DNA from: Acidobacteriota bacterium
GTDB taxonomy: Bacteria > Acidobacteriota > UBA6911 > RPQK01 > JAJDTT01
Direction: 5' to 3'
Length of the DNA: 64,000 nt
NCBI GenBank assembly: GCA_965263035.1
Contig: OZ253580.1
Location: forward strand, 2,656,001 to 2,720,000
Of this stretch, positions 31,269 to 41,437 are shown piece by piece. A model generated the notes under the pieces. The model saw only the letters and a list, made by a program, of their open reading frames with translations. It was not told where the DNA came from and did not search any database. Every line of letters begins with the position of its first letter. Position 1 is the stretch's first letter. The translations under genes and the position numbers were made by a program.

Positions 31269-32465
31269 TCAGCGCGCCATCATGCGGATACAGACCGGCA
31301 TGGGAATGTCCGCCGTCTGACCGTTGGCCTGGAGCGCCCCGTTCTGCGAGTCGATCCGGAAGACCACCACGCTGTCCGATTCCTGGTTGGCCGCCAGCAG
31401 CCAGGTCCCCGTGGGATCGATCTGGAAATTCCGTGGCGTCTTCCCCCGGGTCGACTCGTGGCCCCGGGCCGTCAGCCGGCCCGTCTCCTGGTCGACGGAG
31501 AAGACCGCGATGCTGTCGTGGCCCCGGTTGGAGCCGTAGAGGAAGCGGCCCGAAGGATGGACCCGGACCTCGGCGGTGTGACTGACGCCCTGGAAATCTT
31601 CGGGAAGCGTGGTGATGGTCTGGATCGGATCCAGCGTCCCCTTCTCCTCGTCGTATCCAAAGGCAGTCACGGTGGAGCCCATCTCGTTGATGACGTAGCC
31701 GAACCGCCCGCTGGGATGAAAAACGAAATGGCGCGGTCCCGCCCCGGGAGCGACCGAGACCGACGGCGGCGTATTGGGCTCCAGGACACCCGTGGCGGCG
31801 TCGAATCGATAGACCAGGACCTCGTCCGTGCCCAAGTCGGCCGCCACGGCGAACCGGTTCCCTGGATCCAGGTTGATGCTGTGAGCGCGGGGACCCGTCT
31901 GCCGCACCGGGTCCACGCTGGAACCCTCATGTTGGATGACCGAAGTGGCAGGACCCAGGCGGCCTTCAGAATCGATGGGGAAGGAGGCGACGGTTCCGCC
32001 CGAGTAGGTGGCCAGCAGCAAGTTGCGGCCAGCCCGGTCCACCACCAGGTGGCACGGAATGGCGCCGGCCGAAGGCTGGAGGTTCAAGAAGGAGAGGCGC
32101 CCGCCGGCCGAGTCGATGGAGTAGGCGGAGACGGTCCCCGTCTTCCGCCCCTCGAACTCGGCGATCTCGCTGACGGCGTAGAGATAGCGGCCATTGGGAT
32201 GAAGGGCCAGGAAAGAGGGGTTTTCGATACCCGGGACCACCGACAGCCGTTCCAGAGCTCCCGACTCGGGATCCATCCGGTAGGTGTAGATCCCCTCGCT
32301 GCCGGTTCTGGTGTAGGTGCCGAAAAAGACGAGCAGATCTCCTCCGCTCTCCGGTTGTTCCATGGTTCCCACCTCTTCCCCAGTGCAGGATGCGGCTCCG
32401 CCGATCAGAATCAGCAGAACCGCACCAACATTCTTCCATTGCTCCCAAGCCGGCCAACCTCTCAT
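31269..32465 (-). CDS. pgl: Lactonase family protein (6-phosphogluconolactonase-like), lipoprotein
   Basis: GTYT, NPSFL, AHS, DLGTD, GPRH, SNRGHDS and PRNF motifs; AASC lipobox. Confidence 0.88.
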   Translation of the reverse strand: MRGWPAWEQWKNVGAVLLILIGGAASCTGEEVGTMEQPESGGDLLVFFGTYTRTGSEGIYTYRMDPESGALERLSVVPGIENPSFLALHPNGRYLYAVSEIAEFEGRKTGTVSAYSIDSAGGRLSFLNLQPSAGAIPCHLVVDRAGRNLLLATYSGGTVASFPIDSEGRLGPATSVIQHEGSSVDPVRQTGPRAHSINLDPGNRFAVAADLGTDEVLVYRFDAATGVLEPNTPPSVSVAPGAGPRHFVFHPSGRFGYVINEMGSTVTAFGYDEEKGTLDPIQTITTLPEDFQGVSHTAEVRVHPSGRFLYGSNRGHDSIAVFSVDQETGRLTARGHESTRGKTPRNFQIDPTGTWLLAANQESDSVVVFRIDSQNGALQANGQTADIPMPVCIRMMAR

Positions 32466-32646
32466 GGCACCCCCGCACTGCTGGACCTCAGAACAAGGTT
32501 GAAGACACGCAGACTCACTTTCTCTGCTTCGCGTTCTCCCAATCCTCACTCCTTGTTTCTCACTCCTTTCCGCCATGTTACCCTTTTCCGGCCCTCCCGT
32601 CGGTCCCAGTCTCGGGGGGACGGAACCCGGACTTTTCGAGGACATC

Positions 32647-34248
32647 ATGCGGAACAGAATTCTCAACTCGATCGGAATCGCCGTCGCAATCGTTCTTCTG
32701 ATCGACGTGGCCTCCCCGGGCCAGGCCGGGGCGTCGTCCCACGCCGAACGGATCAAGGGAGGCCGGGAACTCCACGACCCCGGGCTGCATCTCTTCCTGG
32801 ACGACGAAGAGGTCCAGGATCGTCCCGGATTCACCCGGGTGGTTCAGAATCCGACCCGGATCCGCCGCGATCCGGTGTTGGTGCCCGACCGCCCCTGGGA
32901 AGGACACGCGGTGCAGCTCTGGGGCTCGGTCCTCTACGACCGGGAGGAGAAGCTCTTCAAGATGTGGTACTTCTCCGCCAACACCCCCATGTACCGGCGC
33001 CTGGGGAGGGGATACCTCATCTGCTATGCCACTTCCCAGGATGGAATCAACTGGGAGAAACCCGACCTGGGTCTGGTGCCGGTCGACGGCTCGTCCGCCA
33101 ACAACGTCGTTTACCCCACGCCGGGAATGCCGGCCTCGTGGGGCATCGATCCCTGGGGGGTGGTCAAGGATCCTGATGAGCCCGATCCGGCACGGCGTTA
33201 CAAGATGGGCATGTATCAGCAACGCCCCACCGCCGCCGAGTCGGATCTGGAGCGCCCCGGTATGAATCGGGAACAGAAGAACCGGGCACGGAAGGTCTTG
33301 CTGCAGGCCATACGGGACCGGCACGGAATGTACGCCGCGTTCTCTCCCGACGGGATCCGTTGGACTCCGGGGGAGGAGATTCTGGTCCCCCGGGGCGGCG
33401 ACGCCGGAGCGCTGGTCTATGATCCCCTGGGCCGGCGCTACGTGGCCACGACCCGGCGGTACGGGACCATCATGGATCACTTCGTCGTGGGCTGGAAAGG
33501 GTATCGCCGCGTGATCGCCCTCTCCAGCAGCGAGGACTTCGTCCATTGGACCCCCCTGAAGACGATCCTCAAGCCGGACGATCTGGACCATCCCCGGGAC
33601 CAGATGTACGTCATGACCCCCTTCGCCTACGGGAACCAGTACATCGGGTTCATCGGCATGCTCCACTCCTCCACCGAGCTGGGGCCGACTCAACTGGCGA
33701 CCGCCCGCGATCTGGCCCACTGGCGGCGCGTCGGGCGCCGTCAGGAGTTCCTGCCGGTGGGTGCTCCAGGTAGCTGGGACGGGGCTTGGGCCACGCCCTC
33801 CGGGAACCCGCCGGTCCTGAAGGGAAACCAGCTCTATCTCTGGTATTCGGGCCGTCCCCAGGCCCATGGCACTTCCGGAATGTGGAAGAGCTCCATCGGC
33901 GTCCTGACCCTGCGCAAGGACGGTTTCGTAGCGTTGCGCAGCGGGATCCGCGGCGGTGACGTCATGACCGAGCCGGTGACGGTGACCGGTCCCAAGTTGG
34001 TCCTCAACGCCTACTCGTTCTTTGGCAGCGTCCGGATCCGAGTCATCCACGACGGCGCGGTGGCACCCGGTTATTCCTTCGAGGAATGCAACGCCCTGGA
34101 AAAGGGGGACGAGACCGGCTTTCCCCTCACTTGGGGGCCGGACCGGCAGGATCTCTCCCCCTTTGCAGGCAAGAGAATCCGCCTTCATATCCAGGCCGAC
34201 AACGCCACCAGCCTCTTCTCCTACCGCTTCGCCGCAGCGGCCGACTGA
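32647..34248 (+). CDS. Secreted five-bladed beta-propeller glycoside hydrolase-like protein (GH32/GH130-like clan)
   Basis: Signal peptide, LFLDD, repeated SxDGxxW boxes and LRKDGF. Confidence 0.7.
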   Translation: MRNRILNSIGIAVAIVLLIDVASPGQAGASSHAERIKGGRELHDPGLHLFLDDEEVQDRPGFTRVVQNPTRIRRDPVLVPDRPWEGHAVQLWGSVLYDREEKLFKMWYFSANTPMYRRLGRGYLICYATSQDGINWEKPDLGLVPVDGSSANNVVYPTPGMPASWGIDPWGVVKDPDEPDPARRYKMGMYQQRPTAAESDLERPGMNREQKNRARKVLLQAIRDRHGMYAAFSPDGIRWTPGEEILVPRGGDAGALVYDPLGRRYVATTRRYGTIMDHFVVGWKGYRRVIALSSSEDFVHWTPLKTILKPDDLDHPRDQMYVMTPFAYGNQYIGFIGMLHSSTELGPTQLATARDLAHWRRVGRRQEFLPVGAPGSWDGAWATPSGNPPVLKGNQLYLWYSGRPQAHGTSGMWKSSIGVLTLRKDGFVALRSGIRGGDVMTEPVTVTGPKLVLNAYSFFGSVRIRVIHDGAVAPGYSFEECNALEKGDETGFPLTWGPDRQDLSPFAGKRIRLHIQADNATSLFSYRFAAAAD

Positions 34249-34310
34249 CGTCGCTTGGATTGTCTTCCCGTCAAACGTATCCTCGTGGGCGGGACGCGGA
34301 GACCAACGTC

Positions 34311-35237
34311 ATGAGCCGGACTTCAGGAGCGCACAAACGGACCAAGCCCGGAATGCTGGGCGCCGTGGACATTCCCTGGAACCCCGATTTTTCTCTGGAC
34401 CAGGAGCATTTCCGGGGATTGATCCGGCAACTGCAGACGCTGGGTGCCGGGCGGCTCTACATCATGGGAACGGCGGGCGAGGGCTACGCCATGTCGGACA
34501 CGCGCTTCCGTGAGGTGGTGGACGTGTTCGTCGAAGAGATGTCCGGCTCCGGCATCGAGGCCCAAGTGGGCGCCATCTCACTGTCCATGGAGCAGATCGT
34601 GGAGCGGCTCGAGTACGCCCATGGCCAGGGAATCCGATCGTTTCAGATCTCGCTGCCGGCCTGGGGCGCGCTGGACGACGCCGAGATGATGGCGTTCTTC
34701 AAAACCGTCTGCGGCCGCTTTCCCGACTCGGAGTTCCTGCACTACAACCTGGCGCGGACCAAGCGGGTCCTGACCGGCGACGATTACCGGATGATCCTGG
34801 ACGAGGTCCCCAATCTGGTGGCCAGCAAACAGAGCTCCACCGACATGAACCTGGTCCGGGACTGGATGATCAAGGCGCCCGAGATGCAGCATTTCATGCT
34901 CGAGACCTGCTTCGCCTACGCTTGCCAGTATGGAGAGTGCTCCCTTCTCTGCAGCATGCACGGGGCGTTTCCCCGTCTGACCCGCGAATACTTCGCCGCG
35001 GGCAGAGATGGAGACCTGGCGCGAGCGTTGGAGATCGCCGAGAAGTTCAGGCGCCACGGGGAAGGCCTCTTCGGTCACCTGAACCGGTCCATGATCGACG
35101 GAGCCTACGACAAGCTGATGGTCTGGCTGACGGACCCGACGTTTCCCATTCGCCTGTTGCCGCCATACGAGGGATTCACCGGCCAGGAGGCGAGAATCAG
35201 CCTGGAGTACTACCGCAATCAGCGCGGTGAGGCCTGA
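34311..35237 (+). CDS. Dihydrodipicolinate synthase/class I aldolase family protein
   Basis: GTAGEG, LHYNL and Schiff-base Lys in LVASKQS. Confidence 0.82.
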   Translation: MSRTSGAHKRTKPGMLGAVDIPWNPDFSLDQEHFRGLIRQLQTLGAGRLYIMGTAGEGYAMSDTRFREVVDVFVEEMSGSGIEAQVGAISLSMEQIVERLEYAHGQGIRSFQISLPAWGALDDAEMMAFFKTVCGRFPDSEFLHYNLARTKRVLTGDDYRMILDEVPNLVASKQSSTDMNLVRDWMIKAPEMQHFMLETCFAYACQYGECSLLCSMHGAFPRLTREYFAAGRDGDLARALEIAEKFRRHGEGLFGHLNRSMIDGAYDKLMVWLTDPTFPIRLLPPYEGFTGQEARISLEYYRNQRGEA

Positions 35238-35239
35238 AC

Positions 35240-36091
35240 ATGGGGAGCCACCGGACTTACAACGGCGTTTCCATCCCTGAGTTCATGTACGGGACCGCCT
35301 GGAAGAAGGAGGAGACGACCCGTCTGGTCAAGCTGGCCGTCACCAGCGGCTTTACCGCCATCGACACCGCCAACCAGATCATCCACTACGACGAGGCCCG
35401 GGTGGGAGGCACCCTGCTCGATCTGAGCCGCCAGGGAATCGAACGGGAATCCCTTTTCCTCCAGACCAAGTTCACATCCGCCGGAGGCCAGGACCATCGG
35501 ACCCCCTACGATGCGTCCGCGGACATCACCACCCAGGTGGGGCAATCCTTCCATAGTTCCCTCCAGCATCTGCACACCGATTATCTGGATTCTTACGTCC
35601 TGCACGGCCCCTACTCGCGGATGGGACTGGGGGCGGAGGACTGGGAAGTCTGGGCGGCCATCGAAGGGATCTACAAGTCGGGCGGGGCTCGAGTGATCGG
35701 GGTCAGCAACGTCAGTGAAGAACAACTCGACGAGCTCTGCCGGCGAGCGGAAGTCAAGCCCATGGTGGTGCAGAACCGGTGTTTCGCCGTCCTGGGATGG
35801 GACTACAGGGTCCGGGAGATCTGCCGCTCCCACGGGATCGTCTACCAGGGCTTCTCGCTCCTGACGGCCAATCGACAGTTCCTGTTTCACGCCCGGATAC
35901 GGGAGATCGCCGGCCGTCTGGGGGTCGGCCCCGCCCAGATCGTCTTCCGGTTCGCCCTGGAAGTGGGGATACAGCCCCTCACGGGAACCAGCAACCGGGA
36001 CCACATGGTCGAGGATCTGGCGGTTCGATCGTTGCGGCTCTCTCGGGAAGAGACCACGTTCATCGAGACCATTGCCCTGAGTCGGCCCTGA
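35240..36091 (+). CDS. Aldo/keto reductase
   Basis: YGTAWK, IDTA, LQTKF, YLDSYVLH and IGVSN motifs. Confidence 0.9.
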   Translation: MGSHRTYNGVSIPEFMYGTAWKKEETTRLVKLAVTSGFTAIDTANQIIHYDEARVGGTLLDLSRQGIERESLFLQTKFTSAGGQDHRTPYDASADITTQVGQSFHSSLQHLHTDYLDSYVLHGPYSRMGLGAEDWEVWAAIEGIYKSGGARVIGVSNVSEEQLDELCRRAEVKPMVVQNRCFAVLGWDYRVREICRSHGIVYQGFSLLTANRQFLFHARIREIAGRLGVGPAQIVFRFALEVGIQPLTGTSNRDHMVEDLAVRSLRLSREETTFIETIALSRP

Positions 36092-36097
36092 CGCGGC

Positions 36098-37426
36098 TTA
36101 CGCACCTCTGGGGATCGCCCAGTGGCCCTTCCGGTAGCTGCGGGCAAGCAGGCCGTCGGCCTCTTCGTCGCCGGAGATCCTCTCCGCCTCCGCATCGAAT
36201 TGGAAGGATCGACCCACCCTCACGGCGATGTTGGCCAGGTGACAGAGCGAGGTGGACAGGTGCGCCGTTTCGGCATCGGCGGTGAGGGCGGACTGACCTC
36301 GAATCGCTTGCACCCAGGTACTGAAATTGCTCGTCATGTCCATTCTCGGCATGACACCCGGCCGTTTGTCGAGGCGCTTGTTCTCCTCGTCCCAGAGCTG
36401 GAACCGGCCCCGGCGGCTGAAGAGCATCTTGCCTCCGGTTCCCAGAAACTCGACGCCGCCGTCCACGTCGTAGGGATGGTTGGCAGACCAGATCCTCATC
36501 TCGAAGACCAACTGCCTGCGGTCCCCGACTCCTCCCTTGCCCGGATAGTCGAAAGTCGCGGTGACCGTGTCGGGGAACTCCTGGTCGTCGTCGAAGAAGA
36601 ACTTGCCGCCGGCCACGGCCACTTGGGTGGGATGGAGGTCCAGTCCCAGGCCCCAACGGGCCATGTCGAACTCGTGCACGCCGTCGTTCCCCAGATCGCC
36701 GGTGCCGAAGTCGTACCACCAGTGCCAGGAATAATGGTGCCGGTTCTTCTGGAAGGGGACCATCGGAGCCGGCCCCACCCAGAGATCGTAGTCGAACCCG
36801 TCCGGCGGAGAACTGGGCCGCTCGCGGCCGATGTTGCGCCGCTTCTGTACGTTCCAGGCCCGGGCGATGAGCACGTCTCCGATGACCCCGCCGTGCAGCA
36901 TTTGCACCGCCTCGACGAACCCCCGGCTGCTGCGGGCCTGGGTCCCGTGCTGGAGGACACGACCGGAACGCCGTGCGGCTTCCACCAGGAGTCGCCCTTC
37001 TCGGAGATTGTGGGAGCATGGCTTCTCCAGGTAGACGTGCTTGCCGGCATCCAACGCCATGATCGCCGCCGGGACATGCCAGTGGTCCGGAGTCGCAATG
37101 GTCACCGCGTCGACGGCGGGGTCGTCGAGAATCCTCCGCAGGTCGTCCACCGGCTCGGCGCCTCCCGCCTCGGTGGAGGCCTGAGCGCGCCGGTTCTCGT
37201 CCGGGTCGCACACGGCGACGATTTCGGCATTGACCCCTTGGGGAAACCGGCCGATATGGGAGCGCCGGCCCTGGCCTCCGCAACCGATGACCGCGTAGCG
37301 GATTCGGTCGTTGGCGCCGGCCGCGCCAGCCGGGACCGAGGTCAGAACCGGCGAAGTTGCGGCAAGTGTGGCCACGGCCCCGGACCCCTTCAAGAATTCC
37401 CGCCGGTTGACTTCACTTCTTGTCAT
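36098..37426 (-). CDS. Gfo/Idh/MocA family oxidoreductase, Tat-exported
   Basis: NRREFLK signal; ATPDHWH, HVYLEKP and GNDGVH motifs. Confidence 0.9.
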   Translation of the reverse strand: MTRSEVNRREFLKGSGAVATLAATSPVLTSVPAGAAGANDRIRYAVIGCGGQGRRSHIGRFPQGVNAEIVAVCDPDENRRAQASTEAGGAEPVDDLRRILDDPAVDAVTIATPDHWHVPAAIMALDAGKHVYLEKPCSHNLREGRLLVEAARRSGRVLQHGTQARSSRGFVEAVQMLHGGVIGDVLIARAWNVQKRRNIGRERPSSPPDGFDYDLWVGPAPMVPFQKNRHHYSWHWWYDFGTGDLGNDGVHEFDMARWGLGLDLHPTQVAVAGGKFFFDDDQEFPDTVTATFDYPGKGGVGDRRQLVFEMRIWSANHPYDVDGGVEFLGTGGKMLFSRRGRFQLWDEENKRLDKRPGVMPRMDMTSNFSTWVQAIRGQSALTADAETAHLSTSLCHLANIAVRVGRSFQFDAEAERISGDEEADGLLARSYRKGHWAIPRGA

Positions 37427-37899
37427 TGAGCCTCCTCTGCCCGCGTCAGCCGCTTGGCGCCGAGACCGAAGCGGCTCAACGGACTCTCAGGATTGTCTTC
37501 CTACTCTACAACCTGGGCCAAACGTTACCACGGCCGGCTCCGGCGAGGAGCGGAACACTTTTACTCGAGTTATTCCGCAGACGGGAGTCACGTTTCTTCC
37601 AATTTAATTAAGGACCACATGGTCAGCCACAGTCAGCTCGGAGCGAGGGCCAAAGTGGAAGACCCGACAGACGGAATCCGGCGCCCAATAGGAACGACTC
37701 CAAAGAACTTGAAAAGCCAGGATGTCCGGCTCGGGGCGAACGCCGACCGGCTCCCGGGGGGATTCGAACGCAAGCTGCATCCCGGCGGCCCGCGCGGAGG
37801 TTCGCCCAATCGGGGGACTCGAACCCACAGGGAGGGGAACCTCCTCAGGAACTTCGGTCCTGCGTGTCTGCCAATCTCGCCAAAGGAGGTGGACGGTCG

Positions 37900-38853
37900 A
37901 TGATCCCAAAACAACGTCACTGCGAACTCCAACTCAAACCCTTCGGTTGGACTGGCCGCGAGGCCGAGTGGATCGCCTTGGTCTGCCGGCATAGCGGCCT
38001 GTTCACCCATTCCCAATTCTGCACCTACTTGGGCGCGCGGCCCAATCGGGCGCGCCGGTTCGTCCGCTGCTTGCAGGATCGCCGCCAAGCGGTCGAAGTG
38101 AATCTGGACGGTCTCCCGGCTGCCGCCCGACCCTGCCGGATCTCGGGCAAAGCCATCTACCGCGCACTGGGCATCGAGAACGTGGGCCACCGCCGCGCCG
38201 CCTCCGCTCTTGTCCTGATGCGGCGACTGCTGTCTCTCGACTACATCCTGGAGCATCCGCGGCAGCCGTGGCTCACCTCTGAACAGGAAAAAGTCGCCGT
38301 CTTCGATGACTTCGACATACCCCGTCAGACCCTCCCTCGTCGTTACTACACCGGAAACAAGGCAGTCTGGGGCCGTTACTTTGCCCTGAAGCTCCCCATA
38401 TCCATCGCGCCCGAGACCATCACCTTCGTCTACGTGGATCCCGGCTACGACACCGACCGAAACCTGACGACCTGGGGATCGAGTCACGCGCCACTCTGGC
38501 GGGCCCTGCGCCGGAAGGGCCGCCGGATCCGGGTCGTCGCCGTCGCGCGTGGCGAAACCCGGTTGGGGCGGGCCAGCGAGGTCTTGAGCCGCTGGACTCA
38601 AGGATACTGGCCGACGGGCCAACAGCCCCTCACGCCCGACGAGGAGCAGGAGATAGAAGAAATTCGCCTTGCTTTCTTTCGTGGAGACTGGCCGGCATTG
38701 GATCGTTGGGGAGGGCCCCAAGCGGCACTCTTCCACCAGCGCGACCTGAGGCGCCGGCCGTCGTTCGAGGATTCCACATCCGGATTCCGGATTGATCGGG
38801 CGGACGCCTGGCGCTCGCTGCGGTTGTCGTTCCCGAGGGCAACCCTCAGCTAG
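37900..38853 (+). CDS. Hypothetical protein, possibly replication-relaxation-like (wHTH plus nuclease-like domain)
   Basis: 317-aa ORF with a strong AAGGAGGT SD; the family assignment is my inference from the FGWTGREAEW...SGLF..SQF and FVYVD patterns. Confidence 0.6.
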   Translation: MIPKQRHCELQLKPFGWTGREAEWIALVCRHSGLFTHSQFCTYLGARPNRARRFVRCLQDRRQAVEVNLDGLPAAARPCRISGKAIYRALGIENVGHRRAASALVLMRRLLSLDYILEHPRQPWLTSEQEKVAVFDDFDIPRQTLPRRYYTGNKAVWGRYFALKLPISIAPETITFVYVDPGYDTDRNLTTWGSSHAPLWRALRRKGRRIRVVAVARGETRLGRASEVLSRWTQGYWPTGQQPLTPDEEQEIEEIRLAFFRGDWPALDRWGGPQAALFHQRDLRRRPSFEDSTSGFRIDRADAWRSLRLSFPRATLS

Positions 38854-38959
38854 TTCGCGTTGCGGCAGTCGATTCCGCAGTCCCGGGTCAGATTCATTTG
38901 GTTGTCTCTGATAGTACAAGGGAAACCCGGGTCCCAAAGCCTGAGGCAGGACTACATTC

Positions 38960-39502
38960 CTAGAATACATAGCCGACTCCGACCGTGGAACGGAACATGG
39001 GAACCAGGCCGATGCGGACTTCCGGAGCCACGAAGAAACTCTTACCCAGGAACAACCGGACGCCCAGCCCCCCAGTGAAGTTGATATTTCCTTGGTGGTC
39101 CCACTCGAACTCGGGCAGCGTGGCGTCGAAATGATGCCTCGGGTTGGGAAGCCGTGCCCGATACAGAGTGAATCCGACCCCGACGACCAGATAGGGACTG
39201 ATGCGTCGGTGCGGCGAAAACTCATACTCGATGACGGGAGTAACCAGCAGAGCTTGCGTTTTGTAGATTTGGTATTTCCCGTACATGTCAGCGTGCAAAA
39301 CTTCCACGCCGCCGCGGACGTGTGAACCTGCGGGACCGGTGATGGTAGCGCCCCCTAACCGGGCATGGGGAGACACATCATCCAGCCCGAGCATGTACCC
39401 CAACTGCCCTCTCAGGTAGAGCTTGCGTTTTTCCCCGGACACAGGCTGCAGAAGGAATGATGAGACAGTGACGAAAATCAGAATCACCCGTGCAGATGGC
39501 AT
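38960..39502 (-). CDS. Outer membrane beta-barrel protein
   Basis: Signal peptide, alternating strands (ISPYLVVGVGF, FTGGLGVRLF), C-terminal GVGYVF. Confidence 0.8.
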   Translation of the reverse strand: MPSARVILIFVTVSSFLLQPVSGEKRKLYLRGQLGYMLGLDDVSPHARLGGATITGPAGSHVRGGVEVLHADMYGKYQIYKTQALLVTPVIEYEFSPHRRISPYLVVGVGFTLYRARLPNPRHHFDATLPEFEWDHQGNINFTGGLGVRLFLGKSFFVAPEVRIGLVPMFRSTVGVGYVF

Positions 39503-39789
39503 AGGCCGCTCCTCTCAGTCGTTCGCAAACGGCGTTTTGTAAAGCCCACGTATATGGAAAACCGAAGATTGATTCGTGCCCGATGCGGAACTGGGGAGCG
39601 ATGAAAAATCGGTCATTGACCCAGACTTAGACTCCCATTCCCCATCCCAGGCCTCCCCAAGCTATTCCGGAGCTTTTGATCCTCCCTCGTAACGACAGCT
39701 GCCAGGAAATGCGATTTCTTCGCCTGAATTGGCTCACCGAGGCGGTTCAGATACGGATCACCCGGACGGTTTGAGTATTGTCACCAGCT

Positions 39790-40600
39790 TCGAGAACAAC
39801 ACCGTCGAGGGAAAGATGTTGGACCTTCTCCACACCAAACGGCAGTCGATCCGCGACGCGCTCGAGGACGACGCGGTCTTCAACGTGGTCGGTGAGGTGT
39901 TGCCAGCCCAGCGGGTCGAGACGGTCCTTCGGGATTACTACGCTCGAAAGCTGGGAGACGAAGACCTGGAAGAGAGGCTCCTCCGGAACGCGGACGAAGG
40001 CCGGTTCCAGAAGATCTGCCAGACCGCGCTGGAGGGACTCGCGTCCAAGCAGCTGAATCCGGACATGCTCGTCAAGAGACGGGCAAGGGCGCAGGAGCGG
40101 CGGATAGTGCCGAAAACCACCGCGCACGCTTCCTGAAAGATGCCGCGGCGCAGGCGGACTTCTCGCTGAAGCCGGTGCGTCGGCTGCCGCACACCTTCCA
40201 GCCAGGAAAAACTCCGCTCCTGGTGATGGACTATGAGCTCGGGCCCGATTGGCGGCTTGCCGAAGTTTCCCCACGGTACCCGCGCCTGTCGACCGATCGT
40301 GACCCGGCCACGCGCCACAACCTGGGATGGGTCACGCCCCGGGCACGAGATGTGAAGCGGATCCGCGTACATGTCGAGCTGGCGTTGAGCGAAGTCCTGC
40401 AGCGGACAGACAACGAGATCGGCCGGACTCACGAAGACACCGAGAATGGTGTGCCCGGAACGAAAGGACGGCTGGCCCAGGCGGAAGCCCGTCACGCCGA
40501 GGTCACTGCGCCTCGCCATCGGCGCCGGGGCGAGTTGGAGAAACAGGCCGCAATCACCCTTCAAGGCGTGGAGAGGCTTGCGAGTGCGCTGATTCTGCCA
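39790..40600 (+). pseudogene. Internal fragment of a SNF2-type helicase (defence-associated type)
   Basis: NTVEGKML..L..K...IR..L...VFNVVGEV and RAQERRIVP; frameshift near 40125; apparent internal deletion after WVTP; truncated at the 40601 repeat. Confidence 0.65.
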
Positions 40601-40633
40601 CGGGCGCGAGAACGGGACTGTCCCCATCACGCG
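40601..40633 (+). repeat. 32-bp junction repeat, copy 1 (variant)
   Basis: CGGGCGCGAGAACGGGACTGTCCCCATCACGCG. Confidence 0.85.
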
Positions 40634-40889
40634 CTTCGTAGGGTCCGTCCTCTCCCCAACGAAAACAGATCCGCCACTGCGCATTGATTCGGATGCCGTA
40701 CTGGCCGGCCCGTTTGCCTCGCAGCGCTTCCAGGCAGTTGCTGGGTAGCCCCGCCAGGTCCCGAAGGGACTCCGCATTGTCCAACACGATGAGACGTCGC
40801 ACGGCCTGATCCGCGAATCCCTGAAACGCCGCCACTCGACGGCCCTCGAAGAAGCGCCGAGTATTTCGGTCGCTGAAGCTTCGGATTAT
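40634..40889 (-). pseudogene. higB: HigB (RelE/ParE superfamily) toxin, start codon ATA, C-terminus truncated
   Basis: (ATA)IRSFSDRNTRRFFEG...LPSNCLEALRGKRAGQYGIRINAQWRICFRW..GPYE then the repeat; the usual terminal IVDYH is missing. Confidence 0.8.
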
Positions 40890-41043
40890 AGAGTGTCAGG
40901 GTAACCGGTTTTATGATAGCCGTAAAGCGTAACGAACGTAGCGGTGCCGAACTCGGGAGAGGGTGTAGTAGAATTCCACCGCATGATTCCCCGCAATCGC
41001 CGGCCCGGCAGTCTCCCAACTTGGTTTGTTGCACTCGCTGCTC

Positions 41044-41075
41044 CAGGCCGAGAACGAGACTGTCCCCATCTCGCG
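41044..41075 (+). repeat. 32-bp junction repeat, copy 2
   Basis: CAGGCCGAGAACGAGACTGTCCCCATCTCGCG. Confidence 0.9.
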
Positions 41076-41135
41076 TGACCTTCCGCTTCAAGGACGGCGC
41101 GGCGGTCGATGTGGACTACGTGGACTTATCACTGA
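41076..41135 (+). pseudogene. higB: 3-prime remnant of a second higB toxin
   Basis: [18 protein letters not shown](+1)YH-stop directly upstream of higA. Confidence 0.75.
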
Positions 41136-41149
41136 GGAGCAGACCGATC

Positions 41150-41437
41150 ATGACTATGCACAACCCGCCGCATCCGGGCGGCATCGTGAAGCGGCAGTGC
41201 CTCGAACCGCTGGGTCTGACCGTAACCCGGGCCGCCGAGGGTTTGGGCGTCACCCGGCAGGCGCTTTCGGAGTTGGTGAACGGGCGAACGGGAATCTCGG
41301 TAGAGATGGCGATACGGCTGTCGAAGGCCTTCGGTTCGACGCGCGAGACCTGGCTGGGGATGCAGATGGCCTACGATCTCTGGCAGGCCCGCGGCCGCGC
41401 CGAAGAGATCGCGGTGGAACGCTTTGTGGCGGCGTGA
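41150..41437 (+). CDS. higA: HigA family antitoxin
   Basis: MHNPPHPGG...[40 protein letters not shown]...WLGMQ; GAGGAG SD. Confidence 0.92.
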   Translation: MTMHNPPHPGGIVKRQCLEPLGLTVTRAAEGLGVTRQALSELVNGRTGISVEMAIRLSKAFGSTRETWLGMQMAYDLWQARGRAEEIAVERFVAA

